A stretch of 63,200 bases of DNA, the filler included, from Octopus bimaculoides (Eukaryota), in NCBI RefSeq assembly GCF_001194135.2. It is 5 parts of 5 records of this genome, joined end to end, with 100 filler letters (N's around TTAATTAATTAA, not from the genome) between each part and the next. Parts side by side here need not be neighbours in the genome. Positions count along the whole stretch, not along the records: positions 1 to 26,423 come from NC_069004.1; 4 more parts are not named here. One strand, 5' to 3'. Of the stretch, positions 10,759 to 23,379 are shown piece by piece. The translations under genes were made by a program, and so were the position numbers. Below the pieces are notes generated by a model that did no database searches, was not told the origin of the DNA, and saw only the letters and a program-made list of their open reading frames with translations. How positions within the stretch are numbered: position 1 is the first letter of the stretch; every line of letters begins with the position of its first letter.

Positions 10759-11426
10759 CTAAGATAGAAAGAAGAAAAAAAAACAGGAAACACACACACA
10801 AACACAATTTCAGAAGTGAATACATGTGCGTGTGTGTGTGTGCATGCAAGTGTGTAGCATCAAACTAGACACAAACACACACACATATATAACATATATA
10901 ACAACTTATCTATTAATCTAGATCTCGGGGTATGTAAACATGCAACATATACAGAGGAGTATATGTTTTGTATGCATGCATGTGTAACTTATATGTGTAA
11001 TATGTATATATGTGTGAATGTGCATGCATTAATGGGCACACACACACACACACACACACATACATACAATGACACCAAAAACAATGTTTACTAAATTTTA
11101 TTTCAATATGGTCTCTACCATGGAGGAAGCTAAACAAATTCCAAACAATTAGCTTCATGAAGACATGGTTTTCTAATTAAGACTGCGTAATTTTAGCTAA
11201 TTATGTCAGATATGATAAAACACACTTGCTGAAGACAGCATCTTAGTGTTAGCAAAATATTTCAAATTCCTTTCAACACATCATAAATAAATTTGCTATT
11301 CCTCATTCACTGGCACAAATATAAAACATGCCACCAAATATAGACTTTGTGGTCATACTAACTGCTAGAAAAAGCAACCAAATTGCCCCCCTCCCAAACA
11401 ATATCTTGTCATCTTTAAAAATGTGA

Positions 11427-11650
11427 TTAACCTATTAGCATTCACATTACTTTGTCAAATGTAATGCTTGTTTATTGACACTGCTTCAAATCTGGTATTC
11501 ATTATCGTATAGCTTCAAAATATTAATGATGTGATTATTTTTAGAATGCAATTGTACGGTACATGTGAGAAGCCAGATCGATCTGGTTTGAACATACAAC
11601 AGGTAGAATATTTGGGCTGGATATAACTGGTTTGAATGCTAAATGGTTAA
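11427..11650 (+). mobile_element. piggyBac-type MITE
   Basis: TTAA-cctattagcatt...aatgctaaatgg-TTAA. Other copies at 12165-12312(-), about 15150-15357, about 25494-25721 and 45898-46124. Confidence 0.8.
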
Positions 11651-11832
11651 GTCTGGGACATGTTTGTAAATTGGTCTAGCTGATGTGAGTTATAATCAAA
11701 TGGGTTGTAATATAATTAAAATAAATTTGGGTTGAATTAAGTGAGAGAATTTTTAGTGTATTCAGGATTATAAGCAAGAATTTAAGGCAGAAAAAAGAAA
11801 CAAATTTGAGTGGACTTGTGTTCTTTTTTGTT

Positions 11833-12164
11833 CCAAGATCCAGACTAGCCAAGATCCAGACTAGCCAAAATCCAGACTAGCCAAGATCCAGACTAGCCAA
11901 GATCCAGACTAGCCAAGATCCAGACTAGCCAAGATCCAGACTNNNNNNNNNNNNNNNNNNNNNNNNNNNNNNNNNNNNNNNNNNNNNNNNNNNNNNNNNN
12001 NNNNNNNNNNNNNNNNNNNNNNNNNNNNNNNNNNNNNNNNNNNNNNNNNNNNNGCCAAGATCCAGACTAGCCAAGATCCAGACTAGCCAAGATCCAGACT
12101 AGCCAAGATCCAGACTAGCCAAGATCCAGACTAGCCAAGATCCAGACTAGCCAAGATCCAGACT
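11833..12164 (+). repeat. 16-bp minisatellite (CCAAGATCCAGACTAG)n spanning a gap
   Basis: Near-perfect tandem units lie on both sides of the N run at 11943-12053. Confidence 0.95.
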
Positions 12165-12312
12165 CTGACACTTACCCTACAATGTCATTCTAAAAATAAA
12201 ACAATCACATCATTGAAATCTCAAACCTACGAAGTAATGTATGATTAATCCAAAACAATGTGAATAAATAAGCGTTACACTTGACAGGGTAATCTGAAAG
12301 CTAAAGGGTTAA
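12165..12312 (-). mobile_element. Partial piggyBac-type MITE
   Basis: Reverse complement of the MITE 5' part, ending ctaaaggg-TTAA. Confidence 0.8.
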
Positions 12313-13472
12313 AGACAAAACTTAAATTAATCGTCGGTCAAATATTGCTACACTTCCAAACAAGGTAAAATAAACTAGATACAGCAGAGACATGGGAGAA
12401 AATAAAATTGAGGAAACAGATATTTGAACCCCTATCTCCTTACTGACATTGTCATACGTTGGCATTCCATCGAGTTTTCATAACTGTTTTCTTTTTTTTC
12501 ATAATTGTTTTCTTTTTTCATATGAACAAGTATTCTTGGTAAATTAATCATGTTTTACTTTGTATACAAAATATGGAAAGAGATATTGTTCAGTGTAAAC
12601 CTATAAATATATATTCACATATATACACCCACACACTTATATATACATATTTATGAAGCAACATGTCGGTAAGTTGATAGTATTTAGTTCTCATCACAAC
12701 CAAGGCGGCATGTCCTGAGAAAGTTCTGAGAGTATGCCAAGCTATAACAATCAGCTCCTTAATAACACAACGTAACAAGTGTTTCAACACGAAAATGCAA
12801 GAAGTGAATTTACAAGTGGGAAAGAACTGCTTCTGTCAAAGCTGAACTAAAAAGAAACAAGATCCACACCCCATCCCTCAAACTACATTTTCTAATGTCT
12901 AATAACATTGTTGTTGCTGTTGTTGTTGCTATTTAAGTCCCTCAACCGTTACTGACCTTGGAGATTAATGTCTTCCAAATGGTCATGGCATGTTTTGAGA
13001 GTGAACCTGTGACCTTTCACTTGGAAATATTCCGTTGTGGGCTAAATAGGTGAAAAGGAGGTTTAGGAAGAATTTAAATATGGATGACGTTACATAACTT
13101 AATGTTCTGTTAGCTTTCTGGGTCTCATTCTTCATGTGTGTATGTATATATGTATATGTATATATATATATATNNNNNNNNNNNNNNNNNNNNNNNNNNN
13201 NNNNNNNNNNNNNNNNNNNNNNNNNNNNNNNNNNNNNNNNNNNNNNNNNNNNNNNNNNNNNNNNNNNNNNNNNNNNNNNNNNNNNNNNNNNNNNNNNNNN
13301 NNNNNNNNNNNNNNNNNNNNNNNNNNNNNNNNNNNNNNNNNNNNNNNNNNNNNNNNNNNNNNNNNNNNNNNNNNNNNNNNNNNNNNNNNNNNNNNNNNNN
13401 NNNNNNNNNNNNNNNNNNNNNNNNNNNNNNNNNNNNNNNNNNNNNNNNNNNNNNNNNNNNNNNNNNNNNNNN

Positions 13473-13856
13473 ACTGTCTTGAAAGTAATGACAGCCTTTG
13501 AGAAAGAGGGAAAAACCTCCTCATCGAAACAAAACTCCGGAAGAAAACCAAAACTTTCAGATAGGGACTGTTGGACTCTTATGCAAATTGTTAGAAAGGA
13601 TCACAAAAGTACAGCTCCCAAGATTACTGCAGAGATTAATGACCACCTCGAGAACCCAGTTTCCATAAAAAATGTTTGCTGGGAGCTGCACAAAGCTGGA
13701 TTTCACGGGAGGGCTGCAATCAGAAAAGCACTACTTTCAAAAACAAACGTTGCAGAGCGTTTAGAGTGGAGTAAAAACCTACAGAATTGGTCCCTAGAGC
13801 AGTGGAAGAATGTTATTTTCTCGGACGAGTCATCCTATACCAAAATAAACATTTGA
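13473..13856 (+). mobile_element. Tc1-like transposase fragment (HTH plus first catalytic D)
   Basis: SGRKPKLSDRD...TAPKITAE...ELHKAGFHGRAAIRKALL...LEW...WKNVIFSDES. Confidence 0.92.
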
Positions 13857-14050
13857 CCCAGACTGCTTTCTTCTAACTGTTAAACGTGGATTTATTCTTA
13901 TTCATTTATTTATATTTATTTATTTCTTTACTTGTTCATTTATTTTGATTACTTATACATATGATTGTAATTAATAAATAAATAGATTCAAATGAATGTT
14001 TACAGGCTGATGTTTGTTGATTGATTGTACTTTCCAATTTCTTTTTTGTC

Positions 14051-14085
<35 letters not shown>

Positions 14086-14288
14086 AATGTATATATATAT
14101 GTATATATGTGTATATATATATATATATGTATATATATGTATACATATGTGTGTGTTTGTGTATTTATATATATATATGTATATATTTATATGAATAGTT
14201 CTGTTATAGTATTCCATCCAGTGAGAGATAAATATCATTTAATATACACATTTTACGAAAGAGCTACTAATAGTTTCATGCATTAGAA

Positions 14289-14528
14289 ATACAATAATTT
14301 GGCAGGTTTATGATAACATGCCATGTATCTCTAAACAATGTTTCAGGCTCACTGCATATTCTTAAATGTATTTAAAAACCAGGATGCTAGTCTATAAGAA
14401 AACATGAGGAAAAAACAAGAAGAAAAAAAGATGTCCTGGTTTTTAAATAGATCTAGCGATATGCACTGAGCCTGAGAGATTATTTAGAGATACATTGCAT
14501 GTTATATAAATATGCCAAATTATTGTAT
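14289..14528. mobile_element. Fold-back MITE (about 95-bp inverted arms)
   Basis: atacaataatttggca...aaaaccagga (14289-14384) is inverted against tcctggttttt...tgccaaattattgtat (14434-14528). Confidence 0.8.
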
Positions 14529-14592
14529 ATCTAAACTATGAATCTATTAGTAGCACTTTTGAAAATTATGTATTTTAAATGACATATACATC

Positions 14593-14628
<36 letters not shown>

Positions 14629-14669
14629 AGAGAGAGAGAAAGAGAGAGAGAGAGATAGATAGATAGGTA

Positions 14670-14767
14670 TGTGCGTGGCACCTTGGGCAAGTGTCTTCTA
14701 CTATAGCCTCGGGCCGACCAAAGCCTTGTGAATGGATTTGGTAGATGGAAACTGAAAGAAGCTCGTC

Positions 14768-14770
<3 letters not shown>
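14670..14770 (+). mobile_element. SINE family B fragment
   Basis: gcgtggcaccttgggcaagtgtcttctactatagcctcgggccgaccaaagcc. Confidence 0.85.
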
Positions 14771-14802
<32 letters not shown>

Positions 14803-15370
14803 CACACACACTTTGCCTTTCATCCTTTTGGGATCGATAAATTAAGTACCAGTTACACACTGGGGTCAATATAATCGACTTAATCCCTTTGTCTGTCCTT
14901 GTTTGTCCCCTCTATTTGTGCAATAAAGAAATAAGAAACGTTAGCACACCAGGCGAAATGCTTAGTGGCATTTCATCTGTCTTTACATTCTGAGTTCAAA
15001 TTCCGCCAAGTTCAACTTTGCCTTTCATCCTTTTGGGGTCAATTAAATAAGTACCAGTTACGCACTGGAATCGATGTTAACTTAATCCCTTTGTCTGTCC
15101 TTGTTTGTCCCCTCTATGTTTAGCCCCCTGTGGGCAATAAAGAAATAATTATTCTGTCAAAAGGAATGCTTATTTATTCAAACTGTTTTCAATTAATCGT
15201 ATATTATCTCATAGCTTTGAGATTTCAATGATGTAATTGTATATTTTTAGAATGACATTGTAAGGTAGGTGTGAGAGGCTGAATCTGGCTAGTTTGAACA
15301 TTAAACATGTAAAATATTTAGGCTGAATATGGCCTGTTAAAATACTAAAGGGGTTACAGAAGAAATATGT

Positions 15371-15373
15371 GCA

Positions 15374-15410
<37 letters not shown>

Positions 15411-15650
15411 TAGAGACAGACAGACAGAGACAGACAGACAGAGACAGAGAGACAGAGACAGACAGAGACAGAGAGAGAGAGACAGAGAGAGACAGAGAGA
15501 GACAAGAGAGAGACAGAGACAGACAGATAGACAGAGACAGACAGATAGACAGAGACAGACAGATAGACAGAGACAGACAGATAGACAGAGACAGACAGAT
15601 AGACAGAGACAGACAGATAGACAGAGACAGACAGATAGACAGAGACAGAG
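15371..15650 (+). repeat. (GA)/(GACA) microsatellite with an 18-bp higher-order unit
   Basis: Repeating agacagacagatagacag; this explains the SVSVYL and RQRQTD pseudo-ORFs. Confidence 0.95.
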
Positions 15651-16214
15651 GAGGTAGGTAGAGAGAATTGGTCACTGTTCATAGAAAAGGCTGATCAAGA
15701 AGTAATTTTAAAATGGTCACTGAGAAAACGAAAAACACGGACATAGCAGGAATGAGATTATCTTGTAATCAGCCTGGTTGCAGCTGCGGCTGAACTGGTT
15801 TGATAAACCTTATCTCTTTACAAAGATAAGGTTCATTATAGAAGACCTTGATGCCTCAACAACCTCAGGGTAATCACAAAAATGAAACTAATGAATGCTT
15901 GTCTTATAGAGATGTATTTATATAATGTCCTCTAGAGTATTTGAAAAACAGAGGATGAGATAGACATGAAGGCACACACACACACTCACACACACACACA
16001 CACACATATATATGTACATATGTACATACATTTGGCAGAATCTTTAGCATGCTGAGCAAAATGCTTAGCAACTTTTCATTCCTCTTTATGTTCTGAGTTC
16101 AAGTTCCGCTGCTGTTTGTTTTCACTGTCCTGTTTGTGCTACCAATTTTGACCCTCCACAAAATCCCAAATTTTATTTAATTTGCTTTGCGAGAGCAACT
16201 GTTTTATGCACCTA

Positions 16215-16730
16215 TCATCATCATCATCGTTTAACGTCCGCTTTCCATGCTAGCATGGGTTGGACGACTTGACTGAGGACTGGTGAAACCGGATGGCAAC
16301 ACCAGGCTCCAATCTAAATTTGGCAGAGTTTCTACAGCTGGATGCCCTTCCTAACGCCAACCACTCAGAGAGTGTAGTAGGTGCTTTTACGTGTCACCTG
16401 CACNNNNNNNNNNNNNNNNNNNNNNNNNNNNNNNNNNNNNNNNNNNNNNNNNNNNNNNNNNNNNNNNNNNNNNNNNNNNNNNNNNNNNNNNNNNNNNNNN
16501 NNNNNNNNNNNNNNNNNNNNNNNNNNNNNNNNNNNNNNNNNNNNNNNCTTTTATGTGCCACCCGCACAAGCCAGTCCAGGGGCACTGGCAATGATCTCGC
16601 TCGAAAATCCTACGGGAGCCAGTCAGGCGGTACTGGCAACGGCCACGCTCAAAATGGTGCATCTTATGTGCCACCCGCACAAGAGCCAGTCCAGGGGCAC
16701 TGGCAACGATCTTACTTGGCTTGCCGGGTC
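16215..16730 (-). mobile_element. Family D / RTE 3' UTR copy
   Basis: An (ATC)n tail, then the reverse complement of the family D motif and sub-repeats. Confidence 0.8.
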
Positions 16731-17154
16731 TTTTATATATATATATATATATATACATACATATATATATATAAAATTAATAATAATATACATATGTATA
16801 TAATTATATTAAGGGAGCAATGGTGAAAATGACCTTTCTCCAGCATGCTTGAAATGCCGATATCTTCAGAAAACTAACAAAAACTCCAGATAAATATACA
16901 CATGGCTGACTACCTGATAAAAATCATTAACATGATTTCTATCTTTATATTCTATTATGAATTAATAAATAAAATATACATACACACACACATACACATC
17001 CATCTGCCTGTCTATATATGTACCTCGTCTACAGCAAAAACCTCTTCCAGGCTCCTTCCTTGTTTAACCTCTTAATACATACACGAAGTTGCCTTCCTTT
17101 CTATTATATTTCCATTCTGCTGAGGAAGATCTTAGTCTTGCTAACAACATGGGA

Positions 17155-17828
17155 GACCTCAGTAGTGCCTGTGCCACATAAAAATCACCCAGTCCACTCT
17201 GTAAAGTGTTTGGCATTAGGAAGGAGACATCCAGCTGCGGAAACTATGCCAAAGAGACTGGAGTTTATCACAGTCCTCCAGCTTGTCAAATACTGTCAAA
17301 CCATCCAACCTATGCCAGAGCAGATTAACCATCCTTAACCCGCTAGAGATAGATGCCAAATGGCTCTAAAAACCACTTCACTACTCCATTAGCACAAGTT
17401 GTAATTGGGCAGAGGTCTTATTTATTTTTTCATCTGCCCGATTACAGCTTGTGCTAATGAAGTACTGAGGTGGTTTTTAGAGCCATTTAGCATCTATCTC
17501 TAACATGTAGGTGCGGTAAATCCGCACCCTCTAATATAATTATAAATTTAGTATAAAATATTACCTACAAGATTTTTATTTCACACTAGCCACTAGATAA
17601 GATCATTAAAGTGATTTTATCCTTAATTCTATATCTATATCATCATCATCATCATTTAACGTCCACTTTCCATGCTAGCATGGGTTGGACGATTTGACTG
17701 GGGACTGGCAAACCAGATGGCTACACCAGACTCCAATCTGATCTGGCAGAGTTTCTACAGCTGGATGCCCTTCCTAACGCCAACCACTCCAAGAGTGTAG
17801 TGGGTGCTTTTTACATGCCACCGGCATG

Positions 17829-17830
<2 letters not shown>
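17155..17830. mobile_element. Family D copies (about 17155-17320 plus, about 17640-17830 minus)
   Basis: Recurrent family D motifs on opposite strands. Confidence 0.75.
17344..17502. mobile_element. Fold-back hairpin element (70-bp arms, about 19-nt spacer)
   Basis: tagagatagatgcc...gggcaga versus tctgcccg...catctatctcta, with 6 mismatches. Confidence 0.85.
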
Positions 17831-17860
<30 letters not shown>

Positions 17861-17863
<3 letters not shown>

Positions 17864-18380
17864 TTTGTACCATCCTCAACATCTACTGGAACAACTCCAT
17901 CACCAACACTGAGGTCCTCAAGCGAGCAAAGGTCACCAGCCTGGAAGCCATTTTACTTGAGACATGACTATGTTGGGCATGACACATTGACAGGATGAAA
18001 GACCACTGCCTACCCAAGATCATCATGTACCATGAGCTCACCACTGGCCACTGCAACAGGGGGACACCAAAAAGGTATTACAAGGACTGCCTGAAGCAGC
18101 CCCTTAGTGTTTGTAACATTGATTATCATGATGAGTGGTCCACTCTAACAGCTGACCGTGTTGCTTGGGGGTCATACCATCAGTAATGTCGTTTCCTCCT
18201 CTGAGATCTCTTGTAGTGCCTCTCTCGAAGACAAACGTCAGAAGCCCAAAAATAATGCAGCTGCATCATCAGACTTTGGACAACCATACCTCTAACATCA
18301 TTGCAATCAGATATGTCGATCCCACATCAGCCATGAATGAGCGCGCAGATGACGTGGACAACACCATCCTAATCTTCGTC
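17861..18380 (+). mobile_element. RTE (BovB-like) LINE ORF2 C-terminal fragment
   Basis: ILNIYWNNSITNTEVLKRA...RMKDHCLPKIIMYHELTTGHCNRGTPKRYYKDCLK...TADRVAW, with stops and frameshifts. Confidence 0.88.
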
Positions 18381-19744
18381 NNNNNNNNNNNNNNNNNNNN
18401 NNNNNNNNNNNNNNNNNNNNNNNNNNNNNNNNNNNNNNNNNNNNNNNNNNNNNNNNNNNNNNNNNNNNNNNNNNNNNNNNNNNNNNNNNNNNNNNNNNNN
18501 NNNNNNNNNNNNNNNNNNNNNNNNNNNNNNNNNNNNNNNNNNNNNNNNNNNNNNNNNNNNNNNNNNNNNNNNNNNNNNNNNNNNNNNNNNNNNNNNNNNN
18601 NNNNNNNNNNNNNNNNNNNNNNNNNNNNNNNNNNNNNNNNNNNNNNNNNNNNNNNNNNNNNNNNNNNNNNNNNNNNNNNNNNNNNNNNNNNNNNNNNNNN
18701 NNNNNNNNNNNNNNNNNNNNNNNNNNNNNNNNNNNNNNNNNNNNNNNNNNNNNNNNNNNNNNNNNNNNNNNNNNNNNNNNNNNNNNNNNNNNNNNNNNNN
18801 NNNNNNNNNNNNNNNNNNNNNNNNNNNNNNNNNNNNNNNNNNNNNNNNNNNNNNNNNNNNNNNNNNNNNNNNNNNNNNNNNNNNNNNNNNNNNNNNNNNN
18901 NNNNNNNNNNNNNNNNNNNNNNNNNNNNNNNNNNNNNNNNNNNNNNNNNNNNNNNNNNNNNNNNNNNNNNNNNNNNNNNNNNNNNNNNNNNNNNNNNNNN
19001 NNNNNNNNNNNNNNNNNNNNNNNNNNNNNNNNNNNNNNNNNNNNNNNNNNNNNNNNNNNNNNNNNNNNNNNNNNNNNNNNNNNNNNTTGAAATACAGACA
19101 GTCCAAATTTTTTGCTTAAATCCCAACAATAGACCATTAAATGTGTTTATGGGGAGAAAGATATCCTTTTCTACTCTAGGCACAAGACCCGAAATATTGG
19201 GGGAAGGGGCCAGTCGATTAGATGACCCAGTACGCAACTGGTACTTAATTTACTGACCCCTAAAAGGATGAAAGGCAAAGTCGACCTTGGTGGAGTTTGA
19301 ACACAGAATGTAAAGACAGACGAAATACTGTTCAGCATTTCGCCCGGCGTGCTAACGTTTCAGCCAGCTCGCCGCCTTATGGGGAGAAAGATATTGAAAA
19401 ACATCAATACATCAGAGTGACAAACAAATGAGGAAGGTATCAGGTGGTTGTGAGATGTACTAAAAATAACAGCTAAATAGCCTTTAAATCACACAAAAAT
19501 TTTTCTTTGCTTTTGCATAATTGTATGAATTCCCATGTGTAGAACACAAATATGAAAAAAATTTCTGAAAATTCCATAAAATAAAAAAATTACAAAGCGT
19601 CATATAGGATGCTTAAACCAGAATTCTGCCAATTTTATTTAGTGGAAAAGGATGCAGTCAAAGGAATTTATTTCTGTGTAATTCTGTTAATTTTAAAGTA
19701 AAGTTAATCACCACATCAATATGGCTGGTCGATGTTACTACCGT

Positions 19745-19876
19745 TTTAACCCCAGGCAGCTCTTCCGCCTGCTGGTTATAGGTGCAGCCTGCACCCTGTA
19801 TATATTGCAGGCACAATATATACAAAGTGCAGGCTGCACCCATAACCAGCAGGCGGAAGAGCTGCCTGGGGTTAAA
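19745..19876. mobile_element. 132-bp near-perfect palindrome with TTAA-CCCC/GGGG-TTAA ends (piggyBac-type fold-back MITE)
   Basis: 63-bp arms, 6-nt loop, 3 mismatches. The right end abuts a gap. Confidence 0.85.
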
Positions 19877-21103
19877 NNNNNNNNNNNNNNNNNNNNNNNN
19901 NNNNNNNNNNNNNNNNNNNNNNNNNNNNNNNNNNNNNNNNNNNNNNNNNNNNNNNNNNNNNNNNNNNNNNNNNNNNNNNNNNNNNNNNNNNNNNNNNNNN
20001 NNNNNNNNNNNNNNNNNNNNNNNNNNNNNNNNNNNNNNNNNNNNNNNNNNNNNNNNNNNNNNNNNNNNNNNNNNNNNNNNNNNNNNNNNNNNNNNNNNNN
20101 NNNNNNNNNNNNNNNNNNNNNNNNNNNNNNNNNNNNNNNNNNNNNNNNNNNNNNNNNNNNNNNNNNNNNNNNNNNNNNNNNNNNNNNNNNNNNNNNNNNN
20201 NNNNNNNNNNNNNNNNNNNNNNNNNNNNNNNNNNNNNNNNNNNNNNNNNNNNNNNNNNNNNNNNNNNNNNNNNNNNNNNNNNNNNNNNNNNNNNNNNNNN
20301 NNNNNNNNNNNNNNNNNNNNNNNNNNNNNNNNNNNNNNNNNNNNNNNNNNNNNNNNNNNNNNNNNNNNNNNNNNNNNNNNNNNNNNNNNNNNNNNNNNNN
20401 NNNNNNNNNNNNNNNNNNNNNNNNNNNNNNNNNNNNNNNNNNNNNNNNNNNNNNNNNNNNNNNNNNNNNNNNNNNNNNNNNNNNNNNNNNNNNNNNNNNN
20501 NNNNNNNNNNNNNNNNNNNNNNNNNNNNNNNNNNNNNNNNNNNNNNNNNNNNNNNNNNNNNNNNNNNNNNNNNNNNNNNNNNNNNNNNNNNNNNNNNNNN
20601 NNNNNNNNNNNNNNNNNNNNNNNNNNNNNNNNNNNNNNNNNNNNNNNNNNNNNNNNNNNNNNNNNNNNNNNNNNNNNNNNNNNNNNNNNNNNNNNNNNNN
20701 NNNNNNNNNNNNNNNNNNNNNNNNNNNNNNNNNNNNNNNNNNNNNNNNNNNNNNNNNNNNNNNNNNNNNNNNNNNNNNNNNNNNNNNNNNNNNNNNNNNN
20801 NNNNNNNTTCCAAATTCACTCCAGATGTTTTATCAAAAATAAAAATTTTAAAAAGATGGCGAAAAATCGTGGAAAATATATAGAAAAACTCGTTTTTATT
20901 GCTTGACACAGATGGAAGATATCTATGTCGTAAACAGTGAGAGGAATATGATTTCAGTAGAAATATCTGGCCACAGGAAGTTGGTGAAAAGGGGGTGGGG
21001 TGGGGTCGGGTGGGGGTGTTTAGCAACAGTGTCACGTGAATAGAGAGAGTAGAAATATAAGAGGTGTGTTTAGAAATGGAGTGAAGGCCATTAGATGTAT
21101 GTC

Positions 21104-21434
21104 TATGATGACGATGGTAATGATGTTGGTAGTGGTGGTGGTGGTAGTGGTGGTGGTGGTGGTAGTGGTAGTAGTGGTGGATGGCAGTGATGATGATGAT
21201 GATTATAATGGTGTTCATAGCGATGATGCTGATGATGATGGTAGTGATGTTGCAGGTAGTGGTGATGGTGGTGGTAGTGGTGGTGGTGATGAAGATGATG
21301 ATGATGGTGGTGGATGGCAGTGGTGATGATTATAATGGTGTTCGTAGCAATGATGCTGATGATGATGATGGTAGTGGTGGCAGCACTGATGATGACAATG
21401 ATAATGGTGTTCATGGCAATGACGGTGACGATAC

Positions 21435-21465
<31 letters not shown>

Positions 21466-21512
21466 GGTGGTGGCAGTGATGGTGCTGGTGATGATGATGA
21501 GGAGGATGATAA
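21104..21512 (+). repeat. (GAT)/(GGT) trinucleotide tract with an internal higher-order duplication
   Basis: The block atggcagt..gattataatggtgttc recurs at about 21181 and 21315. This produces the poly-His/Val pseudo-ORFs. Confidence 0.9.
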
Positions 21513-21849
21513 TGGCTACAAAAAGTGAGAATATAAAAGGGTGTGTTTAGCAACAATGGAGTGGAAAGCACAGAAAGTGGGGCAGAATTCAATCAGGAAA
21601 ACATAAACAATCCTTAAACATGTTTACACACAACGGGAGTGGGGGATTCTTATGAAGAAATATATTTTTATAAACATTAAGGTGTGTGTATATACATGTT
21701 TTTACACAGCAAGGGGCGAATTATTAGAGACAAAACTTTGGATATACACCTAATGATAAAAAGCTGTTTCTCAATATTTTAAATTCTATGATTATACATA
21801 CATGTACACAGACATACATATGCAATTCTATACAAACACATATATAAAT

Positions 21850-22238
21850 GCATGTGGCTGTGTGGTAAGTAACTTGCTTACCAACCACATGGTTCTGGGT
21901 TCAGTCCCACTGCGTGGCACCTTGGGCAAGTGTCTTCTACTATAGCCTCGGGCCGACCAAAGCCTTGTGAGTGGATTTGGTAGACGGAAACTGAAAGAAG
22001 CCCGTCGTATATATATGTATATATATATATGTGTGTATGTATGTGTTTGTCTGTCTGTGTTTGTCCCCCCACAATCGCTTGACAACCGATGCTGGTGTGT
22101 TTACACCCCCGTAACATAGCAGTTCGGCAAAAAGAGACCGATAGAATAAGTACTAGGCTTACAAAGAATAAGTCCTGGGGTTGATTTGCTCGACTAAAGG
22201 TGGTGCCCCAGCATGGCCGCACTCAAATGACTGAAACA
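21850..22238 (+). mobile_element. Full-length SINE family B
   Basis: tRNA-like head, CCTTGGGCAAGT core, central (TA/TG)n and tail ggtggtgccccagcatggccgcactcaaatgactgaaac. Confidence 0.9.
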
Positions 22239-22564
22239 NNNNNNNNNNNNNNNNNNNNNNNNNNNNNNNNNNNNNNNNNNNNNNNNNNNNNNNNNNNNNN
22301 NNNNNNNNNNNNNNNNNNNNNNNNNNNNNNNNNNNNNNNNNNNNNNNNNNNNNNNNNNNNNNNNNNNNNNNNNNNNNNNNNNNNNNNNNNNNNNNNNNNN
22401 NNNNNNNNNNNNNNNNNNNNNNNNNNNNNNNNNNNNNNNNNNNNNNNNNNNNNNNNNNNNNNNNNNNNNNNNNNNNNNNNNNNNNNNNNNNNNNNNNNNN
22501 NNNNNNNNNNNNNNNNNNNNNNNNNNNNNNNNNNNNNNNNNNNNNNNNNNNNNNNNNNNNNNNN

Positions 22565-22603
<39 letters not shown>

Positions 22604-22834
22604 TTTGTAGGAATCATGTGAATCTAGGCATTTTAATAATAAGGACACCAAGTAAGGGTCAAGATTAGCATATCCTGAATATACCATATGCAGACACTCG
22701 TATATGAATGCATATATGAACATGTTGTAAGACTTACATATACATGCACATGAACAAATGTATATACACATCTATACAAATATACATGCATATTTATATC
22801 TACATAAATATTCGTATCTATGTATATAAATATA

Positions 22835-23010
22835 CATGCCAGTGGCATGTGAAAAACACCCAGCACACTCTGTTAAGTGGTTGGCATTAGGAATGGCATC
22901 CAACCATAGAAACCATGCCAAAAAAGACAGTGGGAGTCTGAATAGCTCACTGCTAGCAAGCTCCATGTCAAAGTGGACGTTAAATGACGATGATGATGAT
23001 GATGATGTAT
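22835..23010 (+). mobile_element. Family D copy
   Basis: Recurrent motif with a (GAT)n tail. Confidence 0.75.
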
Positions 23011-23158
23011 ATGATATTATATACACATGCATACAAACATGCAGTTTCACGATCCACTGTGAGCTCCACGTCTAACATAGGGAAGGCTCCAGGTGTGGTG
23101 TTTACATACAGAAAGAACACAAATGGGTTGAGGTTCACTATAGAGATTATTGTTAGCG

Positions 23159-23226
23159 GGCCGTTTAGCTTAATGGTAGAGTACTCAGCTGGTACCTAAG
23201 GGGTGTGGGTTCAAGTCCGATGGCTA
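23159..23226 (+). pseudogene. tRNA-like sequence (GGT anticodon), second copy of the repeat at 9858-9927
   Basis: TAGCTTAATGGTAGAGTA-CTCAG-ctGGTac-CTAAG-GGGTGTGGGTTCAAGTCC. The acceptor stem is imperfect. Confidence 0.55.
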
Positions 23227-23338
23227 TCTGCAGACAACTTTTTCTGTCTTATAAGGGTAAAATACCCATTCTTTGTTTTTTTTACACGGTTATACTGCAT
23301 TCAAAATATTACTTTCTTGTTTGTAAAATGTGTGCATA

Positions 23339-23379
<41 letters not shown>

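Noticed and set aside
12590-12846. Minus-strand acceptor and open frame
   Set aside because: The strong acceptor does not lead into the open frame, and the donors are weak.
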